DNA of 60,314 nt, filler included, from Sphacelaria rigidula (GCA_964200075.2; 7 parts of 7 records of this genome joined end to end with filler, not necessarily neighbours in it), one strand, 5' to 3'. Shown: positions 12,455 to 24,962, counted from the whole stretch's first letter. Translations and numbers: made by a program. Notes: generated by a model from the letters alone, not told the origin.

Positions 12455-12740
12455 CCAAAAGAGCAAGGGTAGTTCGAGTAGAGTATACTCAACACTCAGT
12501 ACTTTTGAAGAGTCATACCATTTGGTACTCAAGGTTTGAGTAGAGTATTATAGGTCGTACTCGACCTACTCAAAACGTGAATGGAGTATTTGACACCATA
12601 CTCGACCTACTCAATTATTCGAGTAGAGCATTTGAGGTCATACTGAATCTACTTGGAATTTGAGTAGAGTATTGAGGCCATACTCAAGGGATACTCTATA
12701 CTCAAGTATTACTGAGAGTGCTTACTCGAAATTTGGGTAG
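12455..12740. repeat. GAGTA/TACTC-rich quasi-palindromic insertion
   Basis: Dense gagta and tactc motifs in both orientations; ends ttcgagta... and ...tactcgaa. Confidence 0.6.
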
Positions 12741-14734
12741 GGGGGTCACCCCGCAGCGCACGACGAAACGTGTTGACGTGGCGATGCAAGATGCCGCGCA
12801 GGCGTTCCGCTTTGGGGACGCTAAGGCCTTTCGCCACAGCATCCGTCACGCTCTCTTCCAGCGCAACCTTCTGAGAGGACTCCTCCTCCGCCGGGTCCAT
12901 GAACATGTCTGGGCGGCGCTCTCATAACCGTTCCACCGTCGCATCCCACTCCTCGGTCACCTGCCCCTCAGCCTCCTGAAAGGCATTCACCGACAAGCTC
13001 ACGCGACGACTGCCCAAAAAGGCGACCGTCTCTACGTGCGGACCAGACGGAGACATCCGCGTATTGATGGAGTCCTTCAACCGCTCATACGGGTCGACTC
13101 CCAGATCCTGTAGCGTCGGCAGCCCCAGAACAACAACGCCATCCAACCCTGGCATAATCGCAAACGAGATCACAGGCAACGCTGCCAGCCCCCAAGCAGT
13201 CTTGAAGGCTAGCTGCAACGGAACAGTACGCTCCGTGACTGAAAGATGTTGACCCGACGCGGTGACGGCCTGCCGCGCCCCGAGCAAAACCGGCATGCGC
13301 AGCGGCACACCCGGGAGTTGACGCTCCAGCATCTCTACCATTTGCACCGACAGACTAGTGAAATGGGCGCCAGAATCCAACACAGACCGGACCACAGTGG
13401 CTCCACGCTGCCGTTGATTTTGAAGACATAACTCCGCCGGAATATATCTCTTGGCAAGCTCCACGGGAACTTCTTCCGCTGACCTATGCGCCGCTAGTCT
13501 CACTTGACGCCACGGCTGCGCAAGTTGCGCAGGCGAAGACGCTCCGTCAGGTTCAAACGGCACCGCCGGCGGGTACGCCCCCCAGCCAGCAAACCAAGAA
13601 TTTGGCGACTCTCCAACCAGCGCGTCAACGAGCGTCGCGCCTGGCGCTGCTGCCGGTGTCGCCGCCGGCGCCACCACCGGCGCCGGCGCAGTGTTCGACC
13701 CTGTAACAGTCGGGACCACCTACACCACCCGTTGTGGAACAGCACCACCTACGGCGGCGCCGGAACCAGATCCAGCCCCATGCTGACGCTGCTACCCCTG
13801 CTGCTCTTGGTTCTGCTGCTGCTGCGGCTGCTGCTGAGGGCTCGCCTGCGACCCTCCGACGCCGGAATATCCGCCGCCGCCACCACGATTACCTCGTATT
13901 ATTCCCTTGTACTGACGATGCTGATGGCGCGCGGCGCTTGACTGCCCAGACTCTCCATCGGAAGACGTTGGGCAATCGCGTGCGTAATGGCCGACCTGGC
14001 CACAGCGGTGACAAGAAATACTCGAGGCGAACCATGGTTGCGCAAAGATTTCGGCGAAGAGGTGGACTACTGGCCAAACACCTCTATTTTTCGCCACTCC
14101 TTGGCCTCGGCCATGACGGTGTCATCACTAGGTATGGGTCGGCCTTCCAATATGTTCGGTGCTTCAGCTTGATAAGCACGGCTTGCTTGAAATTTCCCGG
14201 TGCCAAACCCTCCACCAAAGCCTTGGTGATAACTGCTGCCGGGCCGGGATTGAACTCACTATCGGGAGAACGATATACTAGTTCAACGTTCGGATTTTCC
14301 GTGAAGTACTTATCCAAATTGGCCAGGATGGGCTCCACACGCTCCAACATCGTTTTCCTCCGAGAATCCATGGCGACAGCTTTTGCCACGGCTGCGGACG
14401 CTTGGGTCAGATCTACCTCGGCGCCCGCCGCATGCCCAGCATGCTTTTTGACCGCCGCAACCAATTGCGGCGAGGTGATAGCGCTCTCATTATGTTCCAA
14501 TCGAGCGAACACTCTCTGTACATGACTTGGCACTTGCTGAGCCATTGCCACCACCTGATGTCGCACGGCACCCCATGCATTAGCGTGCTCCACACGCTTC
14601 TTGTACTCCAAATACCTCCTTTGAAAAGTGCAAGATGCACTCTCTGAGTACCTGTCCCCGTATTGAGGAGGTCGCAACTCTTCCGGTATGACCACGGGTG
14701 TCACGGTGGACGTACCTCGTGAGCCGGTAGCCAC
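12741..14734 (-). pseudogene. Gypsy gag (CCHC knuckle) and aspartic protease
   Basis: CHRCGQVGHYARDC and VLDSGAHFTS. Frameshifts near 14090 and 12920; TAG stops at 13792 and 13720. Confidence 0.9.
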
Positions 14735-15041
14735 AGTTGTTGCTGTGACCGGCTACCTGCGAACCTCTACATGCCAGCGGACCTTCGTGAATTACACTTT
14801 CCTTGCTTCGTCGCCTCACCACACAGTCGTAGGAGCCTCCAAATTCCCGCTGCACGCAGCTTTAGTAAGTCTCCAGTCTGGATCAATCACAGGCTAGCCG
14901 CCTTTCTGCAGCCGCCTCAGCTGGAAGCCTTTCCACGCGTCCGTGGGTTATCAGGTTTCCACGAGTACCAAACTCCCTTCGCCGAATTCCTTTCCAGCAG
15001 GTTTCTAGCACTAACACGAGCACTAGCACTAATATCGATAG

Positions 15042-15262
15042 TGTGACGCCACCCAGTGAAATAACTGCTGGATCACTGCTGTGGAGGGACTCCCCAGTTT
15101 TACTGGCCTCAGTTTCAGTTGTCAGCCTTTACAACATTCTCATCATTCAGGAATGACCTCGTAGGTACAGCCTCCTAGACACGCCAGGGTATCAACCTAG
15201 TGTCCCCGGTCATTATCCAGATTATCACTACCGATTCAACGTAACGGCGTTATTTCGTCACG
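15042..15262 (-). repeat. 5' LTR
   Basis: Direct repeat of 11838-12084. Confidence 0.9.
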
Positions 15263-15914
15263 CTGCTTAGTGTTCCACAACAACAGTACAGTGTAATGAC
15301 AGTACTAGAGGGACCAAGGAGGGGGGAAAAAATGCGCACAGAGCAAAAGGCACCTCCTTTGTTGTGTGTCTGGTGTTTGAGTAATTGCTGCCCCAATGTT
15401 CGAAACCATCTTGACCGCCAAACGGGCGATATTGGCGAACTGGTAGGGGGAATGATAACTAATCCGACCAAAGCTATCGAAATGATGACTCCACCACCGT
15501 CAGGCCTGTCGCCCGACCAAACATTTCAATGGCAACACGCATGGTTGACCTGGAAAGGTGTCTCCTGCAACATCCCCCCCATTTCCCCCCACCTCTAGAC
15601 TCTTGGGTTGGCGTCGAATGACAACGGCGCTGTAAAACAAGCAACCAAAGCCTAGACAAATGAGCAGACTGCCACCGTACGTATACCGGGGACCGCCACA
15701 GGACAACGAAGGTCCCGGACCGACAGACACAACATTCCAAAACCTAAACAAGCCAATGCTCTTCCTCCAGAAACACACGAAATGGATATGGACATAATAA
15801 ACCGAAGCTGGTCTTTCCCCCCCCTGACTTCACTACTTCCTTCTCCTTAGCCACTCTTTTTTTCCCTTTTTTCTAGTAGTTTCCTTTTTTTCTTCTCCAC
15901 ATTTCTCCCTTTTT

Positions 15915-16222
15915 CTTTTATTTAATTTAAAGCTCCCATTACACAGCCCGGATATAGACATGAAATAAAGAAGCTCACGCTCCTTTTTATTTAACCTCCC
16001 ATGACACAGCCCAGACATAGATATGAAATAAAGAAGCCCACGCTCCCTTTTATTCAACCTACCATGACACAGCCTAGACATAGAAATAGAGAAGCTCACG
16101 CTCCTTTTTATTTAACCTACCATGACACAGCCCAGGTATAGACATGAAATTAAGAAGCTAACCCTCCTTTTACTTAATCTTCGATAACACAGCCCGGACA
16201 TAGACATGAAATAGAGAAGTTT
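15915..16222. repeat. Minisatellite, about 5 copies of a ~59-bp unit
   Basis: Recurring ccatgacacagcccagacatagacatgaaataaagaagctcacgctcctttttatttaacct. Confidence 0.85.
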
Positions 16223-16235
16223 AGCTACACTCTTC

Positions 16236-16486
16236 GAGTGATGCTATAGTAGGGGTGCACAACTATTCTATGAGGTTAGACTTGTTGGGAGTCCTTTTTT
16301 GAATCCAAAACACGAGTTATAAACTATGTGAAAGTACGCCAGGAATACTATTCCAATGTGCTAATCCCGAATGAATTTGCAAACGGGGATGCCCTGATCC
16401 ATATTCTTGTGCATCTAGAATCGTTTGGAGCCCCTGAACTAGACAAGAGTTTGCGCAGAACGTGCATCCCTACCGTAGCATTGCTC
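16236..16486. mobile_element. MITE with GAG...CTC termini (Sola2-like)
   Basis: TIRs gagtgatgctatagtaggggtgcac and gtgcatccctaccgtagcattgctc; flanks cttc/cttt; second copy at 43697-43957. Confidence 0.7.
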
Positions 16487-17164
16487 CTTTGTTACTTCCT
16501 TTTTTGTAAATTTTTCAATTCCTTCAGCCACTATCTTCCCGTTCTGATGCCTCTACACCTGCCTCTGCCCACGCGCTGATCTCTTTCGCGAATTCCGCGT
16601 CGAACCTCACGTTGATTGGTGGTGTCCCCTGTTTTCGATAGTGCGCTGTTGATACTTCTCTCTACCTGTTCGAGATATCGACCATCTCACCGTCCTGCGC
16701 TCTTAGCGTGGCAATCCCTTCGTCCGCCTCGCCTGCCCGGTGGCCTGGTATTCCTTCTATCTCTACCCACATTTGCCTCATCCTGCCGTCGAAATCTTCA
16801 TTCGCTACATGACCTACATTTTTTTCTTCTGTGCCTGATTTTTCACCTCATTTCCATCTTTAGTATACTACTCGCGTCCTACCGTTGTTCTACTCGATAC
16901 ATATATTTTGCTGGGGCCTCTCACCTCACTTTTGTAGCCTACTTTACTCCTTGATCTCCCTTTTAAATGCTCTGTCGGACATCCCCATTCCTTCCTTCTG
17001 TGACCTCACTTACTGTGGTAGGCGGGGGGAGTGTACTCATGATCATGCATGCCATAGTCATCAGACCATTGAGGCGGGGGGGGGGGGGGGGGGGGCGCCT
17101 TGTGTTGGTGTTTGGCTTGAGGGGAGAGGAGGGGGGGGGCTGGGGGAGGTGCGGGGTGGGGGGG

Positions 17165-17264
17165 NNNNNNNNNNNNNNNNNNNNNNNNNNNNNNNNNNNN
17201 NNNNNNNNTTAATTAATTAANNNNNNNNNNNNNNNNNNNNNNNNNNNNNNNNNNNNNNNNNNNN
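17165..17264. other. Artificial contig linker
   Basis: 44N-TTAATTAATTAA-44N. Confidence 0.98.
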
Positions 17265-17437
17265 GTCACTCTCAAAAAGTACGGTCGAGCCGACCACCTC
17301 CGTGCACGTTTTTGGCCGGTTCGGGGGGGGGCTATCTCGGCAGCAGTCCGAAGCTGATACCTCGCGAAAAATATTGATGATTGTGCCATTAGGTGACAGG
17401 GGAGGTGGTCGGCTCGACCGTACTTTTTGAGAGTGAC
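17265..17437. mobile_element. Short MITE with a 37-bp perfect inverted repeat
   Basis: gtcactctcaaaaagtacggtcgagccgaccacctcc has its exact reverse complement at 17401-17437. Confidence 0.75.
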
Positions 17438-17515
17438 ATATATTTGTATTTATTGAGAATGACAGATATACATGCTTCTTCACAGCTGATAATGGCCAAA
17501 TGACGATATCGGTGA

Positions 17516-17607
17516 CGAGTGACGAGTGCCGAGTGCCGAGTGCCGAGTGCCGAGTGCCGAGTGCCGATACGGTATGATACGGATCGCATCGTATCGTATC
17601 GTATCGC
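17516..17607. repeat. Microsatellites (gagtgcc)n and (tatcg)n
   Basis: Directly visible tandem 7-mer and 5-mer units. Confidence 0.9.
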
Positions 17608-17639
17608 TTCGACATATCAATTATATCAACAATGATACG

Positions 17640-18166
17640 ACCAGTCCTGATTGTAACCCTTCATTCGCTTCCTCTAACCCTTGTAGCTCCCAATCGTGCA
17701 GGTGGCCTTTCGTCGGCCTGGATAATCGGGGGACGTACTAATTTGTTGTTTGCCTTAGTCGTTTGAGTAGTGACCACGCATCCCTTTCGAGACGGAGCAC
17801 CGTTCCTACACCTAATAGACACCTCCAACATTCAGGCGCTTATCACTTTTCTTCAAATACACAAAAACCGTTCACATATCTTATCCCGTCCTGTTTCGCC
17901 GTCTGTGACCCCCATCCATCTCCTAGTATAACCATTGTTCTCTCGCTACTGTCTAATGCATCAAACGATTTCATATCACCTTCGTTCACGTCCCGCATTT
18001 CCCCCTCTACCACGTCTCCTTGTATAGTTCACATTCTGCCACTTTAATGACTTCTGCTCTCTCGTGCTTTGCCACAGGGGCGATATTGTGCATCTTCATT
18101 CTCCTCCTCTCGACGACTGGTAAATCTTTTTCTTCTTTCTAGAAAGTCCAGGTCCCCCACACAATC
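17640..18166 (-). mobile_element. 5'-truncated LINE: ORF2 C-terminal Cys/His region and 3' end
   Basis: Manual translation across frameshifts gives VGDLDFLERRKRFTSRREEE...PCGKARESRSH..AECELYK...ILGDGW...RNGAPSRKGCVV. A related short piece lies at about 20161-20230 (+). Confidence 0.7.
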
Positions 18167-19126
18167 GGGAGGGGAGGGGGGAGGAATTCGGAACAGTTCT
18201 TCTGATGAAAAGCCAAGACGCCTACATGGAGACAGGAGGGGGTCTGGGCCGGCGGGGCCCTTGCCACGCAGATATCATTGTAATAGTCGGTACAGGACAG
18301 TACAGCAATCTATGCGGTAAAAGGAGGTGTGCTGGCTTCGCTACGGCCATTTTTCTGACTGCATCTTCGGCAGGGAGAGCTGCGGGTGCTATGCTGTGTC
18401 ATACCGACGTCTAAAAAACTTCAACCCACCCGACCAAACCATGGACGCAGACTGCTACGACACTTGTCATATTCCAAAACCAAAAAAAGTATTCATCTCC
18501 CATTGAGCACCTGGAGGTTATAAAAGGGTCATCCACACAGTTGTCATACTCTAAGTGTATGTTGGACTGTCAGGCCAGATCCTCATCTCGGAACAGAAAG
18601 CCTTGGGCTCTCTATTACAGGAGTTAATTATCCCTCCGACTACGAACCGCCACAAATCAACCGAGATCAAATCAACAATTGTAAGCCATATTTGGGGTTC
18701 AGAACAGCTGCTTTCTTAAAAAGATAATAACACTTTTTCACCTGATCATGAGGATGTTGAACCTTCGCATAGAGGTTAGTGCTGAGGAACCCTGACCGGA
18801 TTTGAGACATGAGCAGTAAATATATGTATGATCTTTCAAGGGCGGGTCGCGTAGGGTATACCCGATATTTTGTTAGTTCGAGAAGTCGCACACCACCTGC
18901 CTAAGTTAGTCACAATGACTTGTGTGGGCTCCAGATAGGGAAACAACAGCACTGGGCTGGCTGCTGCTGTGGGCACGGAACGGGTGTCCACTTTACAATA
19001 TCGGGTATACCCTACCCCACATGCTCTTGGTATCTTTGCCGAGCTGCTTTCATCGGGTGAAATGGTTCTTTCATGCTGTGCAGTTGTCGGGCACACCGTG
19101 TGTGTGTATGCGTGTAAGTTGTCATC

Positions 19127-19340
19127 CCATCTATTCTGGACGCCGGTCTACACCTTTCGGTATATGTGGGCGCACCAGCCGGCATCACACATGAGGAAGG
19201 TCAACACAGGAGTTTCTTTTATTTATTTTTTTGTGTTTAATACGCCACCTTCCTTTTGCGGCGCTTGCCTTTATTTTTATTGGGAGAGGGGTTCAGCAAT
19301 CCCTTTCCCTCGTCGACCGTTAAGTCGAAATATGTGTACC
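19127..19340 (-). mobile_element. SINE family 1, 5'-truncated copy
   Basis: Matches the body and tail of 23402-24050. Confidence 0.7.
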
Positions 19341-19485
19341 CACACTGTCAGTCACAATTCATTACTGCTACGATGTATGCGAACAACGTACATCCCCTCT
19401 TTTAATTCATCCATGTTTCTCTCCGTTTTGGCACGCATGCCACATTATTTCAACTCCACGTGTAAACTGTACCGTACACAATAGA

Positions 19486-19686
19486 GAGTTTCGAAAAACG
19501 CTTCTTTTTTCATTTCAGAGCGCAAATATCTCAGGATCAAAGTGTAACAAATAACTATTTCACCCTCCGTCGAATGTGTATCCCCCCCCCTAAACTTTTT
19601 ATCGACGAGTTTTTATTTATTTATTCTGCACTTTGATCCTAAGAAATTTCCACTCTGAAGTGACAAGAAAGCGTTTCCCGAAACTC
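19486..19686. mobile_element. ~200-bp MITE
   Basis: TIRs gagtttcgaaaaacgc and gcgtttcccgaaactc; an oppositely oriented copy lies at 25071-25268. Confidence 0.7.
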
Positions 19687-20542
19687 CCCTTTAACTTGCT
19701 TTTTCATCAGGTGCTGAATACAACATGAAGGAAGTTTACGTGTCATCGCTCATCACTGAACACGGTCTTCCTACTGCACGCTGTTACCATCTCTGCGGCC
19801 TAGTGCTGCACAACAACACTAGAGCGTGCACCTATCTTCACAGCACGAGCGGGGTCAGCCAGAACACAAAGTCTACGCACAGAGCAAAAAGCATCTCCTT
19901 TGCTTGTGTCATCATCCAAATGGTCAAATACGGATAAGATGCGCAGTAGTTGATCTGTAGGGGATCAAAGCGACCGAGTTGACCACTCACAACAGCCAAA
20001 ATGGTCACTTCCTTTACTTCGGGCTAGGAGCCTGAATCAGATTTTTCGTCTGAAAACTTCCCGACAGACATGGTTGGGTTCAGAAGCTCCTCCCCTGATC
20101 TGTCTCAGGCAGCCCCCCTACTCCTCAAGACCCCTCGCCCCCGCGCCCGCCCCCGGGAACTCGTCTCGAAAGGGATGCGTAGTCAATGGTCAAACGATGA
20201 GGGCAAGGGACGAGTGAGTACAACCCCGCCCCCTGGAAACCCTGGATAAACCGGGACCGTCAGCCCCAGAAACTGTTCCGAAGTGAGGCTCCTGGTAAAA
20301 GGGTTCACGGCGTTACGATGGTGACATTTTTCATGTTTCTTCCTCGGCATTGTGGCAGAGGCTTGCCAGCTACATTATATCTGTCTGACACATCTTCGCG
20401 CGCCGAACAACTCATGAGTGAACTCTATTGTTTGACACAACCCATCCAGTGAAAATAGGTACCGCTGCGTTGTACCGAATAACTCATCTACTGAAAATAG
20501 GTACCGTTGAGTTGTACCCAATAATACAGCCAGTGGAAATAG

Positions 20543-21281
20543 CAGTAGAGTTTACCGGCATTGGGATGCAAATGTTCATGGCTGGTATTACTTGATTTGG
20601 GTGAGTAAAACGAGAATCGGAATTTTAGTACGGCTGACGGTCCTGTGTGCTCCTCTCGTGCGCAGAACGCGTTTCCGTTGGAATCGGCGCCACAGGCACC
20701 GATTTGGGGTCTACCAAGGCCGCACTTTGCCTAGGGAATGTATGTACCGCCCCTGCTCGAGGGATCTCGGTATGCATTGACTTGGGGTTAGGGTCAGGGG
20801 TAGCGATAATTGTAACATTGTGTCAACCATGGACATTTGCAGCCCACGCCTGTAAACTAGCCCCGGAAATAGATACCGCTGAGTCATGCGGTATAACTCA
20901 GCCAGTTGAAACAAGTATATAACGAATATATCTCAGCGCTGAGTTATACGAAAAATGAGTTCACTCGAGTTGACGTGCATTAACGTGAGTGAACATGAGT
21001 TAAGTTGCCCGACGTCTGCACATTTTGCAGTTCTCGCTATCCCTAACCATAACCCTAACCTACGGCATACCGAGAACCCTCGAGGAAGAGGTGTGCACAG
21101 GGTTCCTTAAGCAAAGTGTGCCGTAAGTAGACCTCAAACTGGCGCCGATTGAACGAAAACGCGTTCTGCGCACGCTAGGGGCATACGGGTCTGTCAAAGC
21201 TCCACTAAAGATCCAATTCTCGTTGTTCACATCCAAATCAAGCAATCTAACTTTGTAGCCCAACTCCGGTCAACTCTATTG
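20543..21281. mobile_element. Long-TIR (foldback) element whose arms carry TTAGGG-like motifs
   Basis: Arms of about 280 bp (20543-20822 versus 21019-21281) with termini CAGTAGAG/CTCTATTG. Partial copies at 51785-51870 and 57925-58161. Confidence 0.75.
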
Positions 21282-23401
21282 CAACTCAAACCACAGGCGG
21301 CGACGGGCAACAACATAAGAGATTCAAAATAGCAGTCTTCCATTATCTTCTTGCTCTCAAAAAAAAAAGTGCGTTACAGAACGGTCTGCGCTGAATTGCA
21401 ACACCGTGTCGCTCCACTCTGCACGAGGCTGCTCCATTTAATTCGCTAGGCGAGGTTGTTGGCGGCGAACCTGACCACTCCATTTAAACTGCCGCGGCTG
21501 TTTCAAGCATGTTATTTTAATCGTGATGGTCTTCGTGCTCACAGGCATGTGCAATAGAGAGAGGGAAACCATATCGCCGCCGCGCGGCCGGTGGTATTAT
21601 GATATGACTGAATCAGCTAGGGCGTAACAACGCGGGATTTGGCTCCCGGCACATTCAGTCATGAAAAAAAAAAAATCCAAAGTTGCAAGGGTCGGAAGGA
21701 CTTATGATTCGCCTGCAAATTACTTGATTTTTTTGCAATTGATTCATATCGTACGAATCAATCCTTAGATCTTGTTTTCAGCGTTGCATGTCAAGTACGC
21801 GCAGCCCAGGCACGGCAATCCTGGCAAGCATCCTTATGCACCGAGCGTCCATCTTTGTGTATAAAGACCATCCTCCAAAACCTCTTGGGACCAACAGCGG
21901 GAAAATACTCTCAGAACAGAAACTATGAGCGTTCAAAAAGCTTACGAATCGGGGATCCTTTCGGACCCTGGTGCATTACATGTGCCGTCAAGACCGCCCG
22001 TACTGCACTCGAGTGATGAGTGGTGGCTGTGTTGTATCCTAGAAGTCAAGCGGCGGACACTAAAGTCGAGTATTTTGTGTCTTATCCTGAAGTCGATTAT
22101 TCTAATTGTTGCAAGCCTAGAGTCAAGTACTCCACGTACTGCTTTTTTTTTTCAATTCCGGCACACTTTCAACCTTAGCCCCTCCCTGACCTCGGGGCGA
22201 GTCCGTGGTATCAGGGGATTGATTAATCCATTTTTTCCCTCGGTGCACACGTTGCATGTTTTGTCTCGTGGCTTGGACTAGGGCTCCCTCCCATACCGTG
22301 TCGCACTGTCGTCAAATGAACGCTGTTCGCTACTGACGCCGTTGGGTTTCAACTTTTCACGGTTCGGACGAATCATCGCCGGTTCGAATCACCAAGTCAA
22401 CTCTTTTTTCAGGATCGATTGCTCGACAGAGAGAAAAAAAAAAAAAGCCGACCGCTGGTTCAAAAGGTCTCCCCCACGCAATGTTCTAAGGCACGCAGCT
22501 CCTGTCACTATTGATTGCAAAAACTCGAATTGCAGGTCGACCCAGCTTTGTGAAACCCATCCGTAAAAGCAAAAACGAATGTCAAAGAAAAAAAAAACTG
22601 CCAACGGTAGAGCCATCTCAGCATCCCCTTCCCTAATCAGCAATCTATTTTAGTTACCGTTGAACCGAATACACGGACCCTCTCAATGACTTTCTTGACG
22701 TTGCTATAGCGCAAGGGAGCGGTGTAATCCGGCTAGAGTGCTGCATACTGTGCCGTACGCTCTCTGTTGCTAGAGGGCAGGTCACTCAGGAGGCCTTCCG
22801 GGATTCGCCCTCCTCTGCGTACCGAACGGTATTTGTAACTATCAACATATGTTGTGTGTGCCGACATCTTCCTTCATGGCAAGTATGGTCACATGAATAT
22901 TTACTCCTGAAGCGATCATCGCTACAGCTCTATTATACTGTGTGAATATGAGAATACACTGTCGGTCGTTGCTTATGCACGAACAACAATGATACGTGGC
23001 GAATGCGTGACAACATCCATGTAGTTTAGGCGTGGTCTACACCAAAAACTTTACCCCATCTCTTTCTGTGCTGTGCTTTTGTTGTTTGGTTTTTTTCACG
23101 TCTCAGTCTACTATGTCGTTCTGTTGGACTTTTTTCTGTTCTTTCTTTTCTTGAGAGTGTTCCAGTTTTGCTTTTCTTGGGTACGTCTATCATGCGACCA
23201 CGGCTGGACCCATGGGTGGTCGGTGAAAGTGCGACCATCAATGAAATGAAGAAACAATCTCCCCTAGCCGCCGGGAAAAAAGGTCATCCATTCTGTTGGG
23301 GACTAAATACAACACGCTGGGCTTTCAAAGGGTCTTAAAAGAAGAGCAGTTCTGCCCCTTTGAATTTTCATGTTGGGATCCGCATCCACGCGTTGACATC
23401 T

Positions 23402-24050
23402 CCATCTATTCTGGACGCCAGTCTACACCTTTCCACGGTTAGGACGAATCTTCACGACTAAGAATTACCAAACCCACGATTTCTTCGGCCTGATTGCCCA
23501 AAAGGGACAAAAAGTTGACCGCTGGTCCACGGGGTATCCGCGCAACTTTTGCGCCACTCCACGTGTCTGGGCTGCGTGTACCTGGGTCGCAACGCCGAAA
23601 ACAAAGCCTAGGGATTGATTCGTAGGAGTCGAATCAATTATACTAAAACCAAGTGATTTCCAGACGAATCATTATTTGTCTAACCCTTGCACCCTTCCGG
23701 CATAAATGTGGGCGAATCAGTCAAAGTGCGACAATCAATCAATCAAAAATCAGCCGGGGTCACACAGGAGGATGGCCAATACGGGAGGTTTTCTTTCATC
23801 TTGTTTCTAGGACTCCACCTCCCTTTCGCGGCGCTTGCCTTGTTTTTTAAGGAGAGGGGTTCGGCGGTCCCTTTTCCTCGTCGACCGTGAAGTCAATTTT
23901 TGTGTCCCGACGACATAGTCGCTCCACACTGTTGGACATGATGTCAGAAAAAATCCCAGATCATGTGACTTCACCGAGACTCGAACCAGCAACCCAACCG
24001 TCAGAAAAGGTTTCGAGGTTTATACCAACTGAGCCACCGGGGCGACCGGC
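23402..24050 (-). mobile_element. tRNA-derived SINE family 1, apparently full length, interrupted by a hAT-like MITE
   Basis: Minus-strand head has A box tggctcagttgg and B box ggttcgagtc; the body is shared with the 19127, 33092 and 51890 copies. Confidence 0.75.
23434..23689. mobile_element. hAT-like MITE, 256 bp
   Basis: TIRs cacggttaggac and gtctaacccttg; 8-bp TSD cacctttc/cacccttc. Confidence 0.8.
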
Positions 24051-24520
24051 ATCCATGCGATTAGAGTATGACTATTGGTACCCAAGTACTCACAAAGCTC
24101 TCAAGTCTGTCCTCGGAAGTTGTGGAACAAAAAACGCGTCCGGAAAATCAGCCACACGTCAAGTATCACCATGTGATATAAGCACAACAGCGTACTGTAA
24201 CACATCCCGACAAAGGTATCAACTTCTCGGAACAACGTTGCGGACCAAAAATCCCAAAAAATCAGAGTTGTAATTTCGGAACAGTTTTGAGGAATTGTTT
24301 TTTTTTCGGAATATCGAAATCAAAGAGTTATATTCCAGGAAAATATTTTCACGGTATTATATTCAAACCCCAAATTCAAAGTTCGGTCGGTCATAAGAAA
24401 AGTGAGAAACGCCCCCGGGGAAAATTGACGCGCGGTAAAACGGCCGTCGATGTTCTGATCCGTCGTGGCACATACTCTTTGCGGTGGGATGACAAACCAA
24501 GAGACCACCATCAACCCTTT

Positions 24521-24962
24521 GACCGCGAGGGTAGGTCACCTGCTGAATCGGCATCAATTTTCACTCAAAAAAAGTATGCGTGATCCAGGTGGGCTTCCCG
24601 CACCGCGGTCTGAGACCCTGTCTTAACACATCAGTTTTCGATCGAAATTGTGCGGTGGGAAGCAAAAATCCCGATTTGATAGGTCGTAATTTCAAGCATC
24701 GTCGTTAATTTTGAGGATGATTGAAATCATGACCTATCAGATCAGGATTTTTGTATTCCACCGCACTTTTTCGATCGAAAACTCGTGCGCCAAGACAGGC
24801 CCTAAGGGTAACTAAGACCAATCAATCCAGCAGAGACTAATGTGCTCCTCGCAGACTTGCGCGAACCCTAAGGACACAGTGCGGGTAGTCCATCTGGATC
24901 ACGCAAAAAAAAAATCGAGTGAATATTGATGCCGATTCAGCACGTGACCTACCCTCGCGGTC
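24521..24962. mobile_element. Two nested inverted-repeat MITEs
   Basis: Outer arms 24521-24608 and 24876-24962; inner arms about 24615-24660 and 24758-24802. The inner family recurs at about 54440-54640. Confidence 0.7.

Larger units (their letters stand above)
11838..15262 (-). mobile_element. Chromovirus-type Gypsy element with both LTRs and a 4-bp TSD, internally deleted
   Basis: Direct-repeat LTRs at 11838-12084 and 15042-15262; CTGC on both flanks (11834-11837 and 15263-15266). Confidence 0.92.

Noticed and set aside
13734..14525. 263-aa plus-strand ORF (and the 218-aa ORF at 2538-3194, minus)
   Set aside because: These are antisense shadows of GC-rich gag/pol sequence.
16487..17000. 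Possible degenerate LINE fragment on the minus strand
   Set aside because: The minus strand is purine-rich, but no diagnostic motif could be read.
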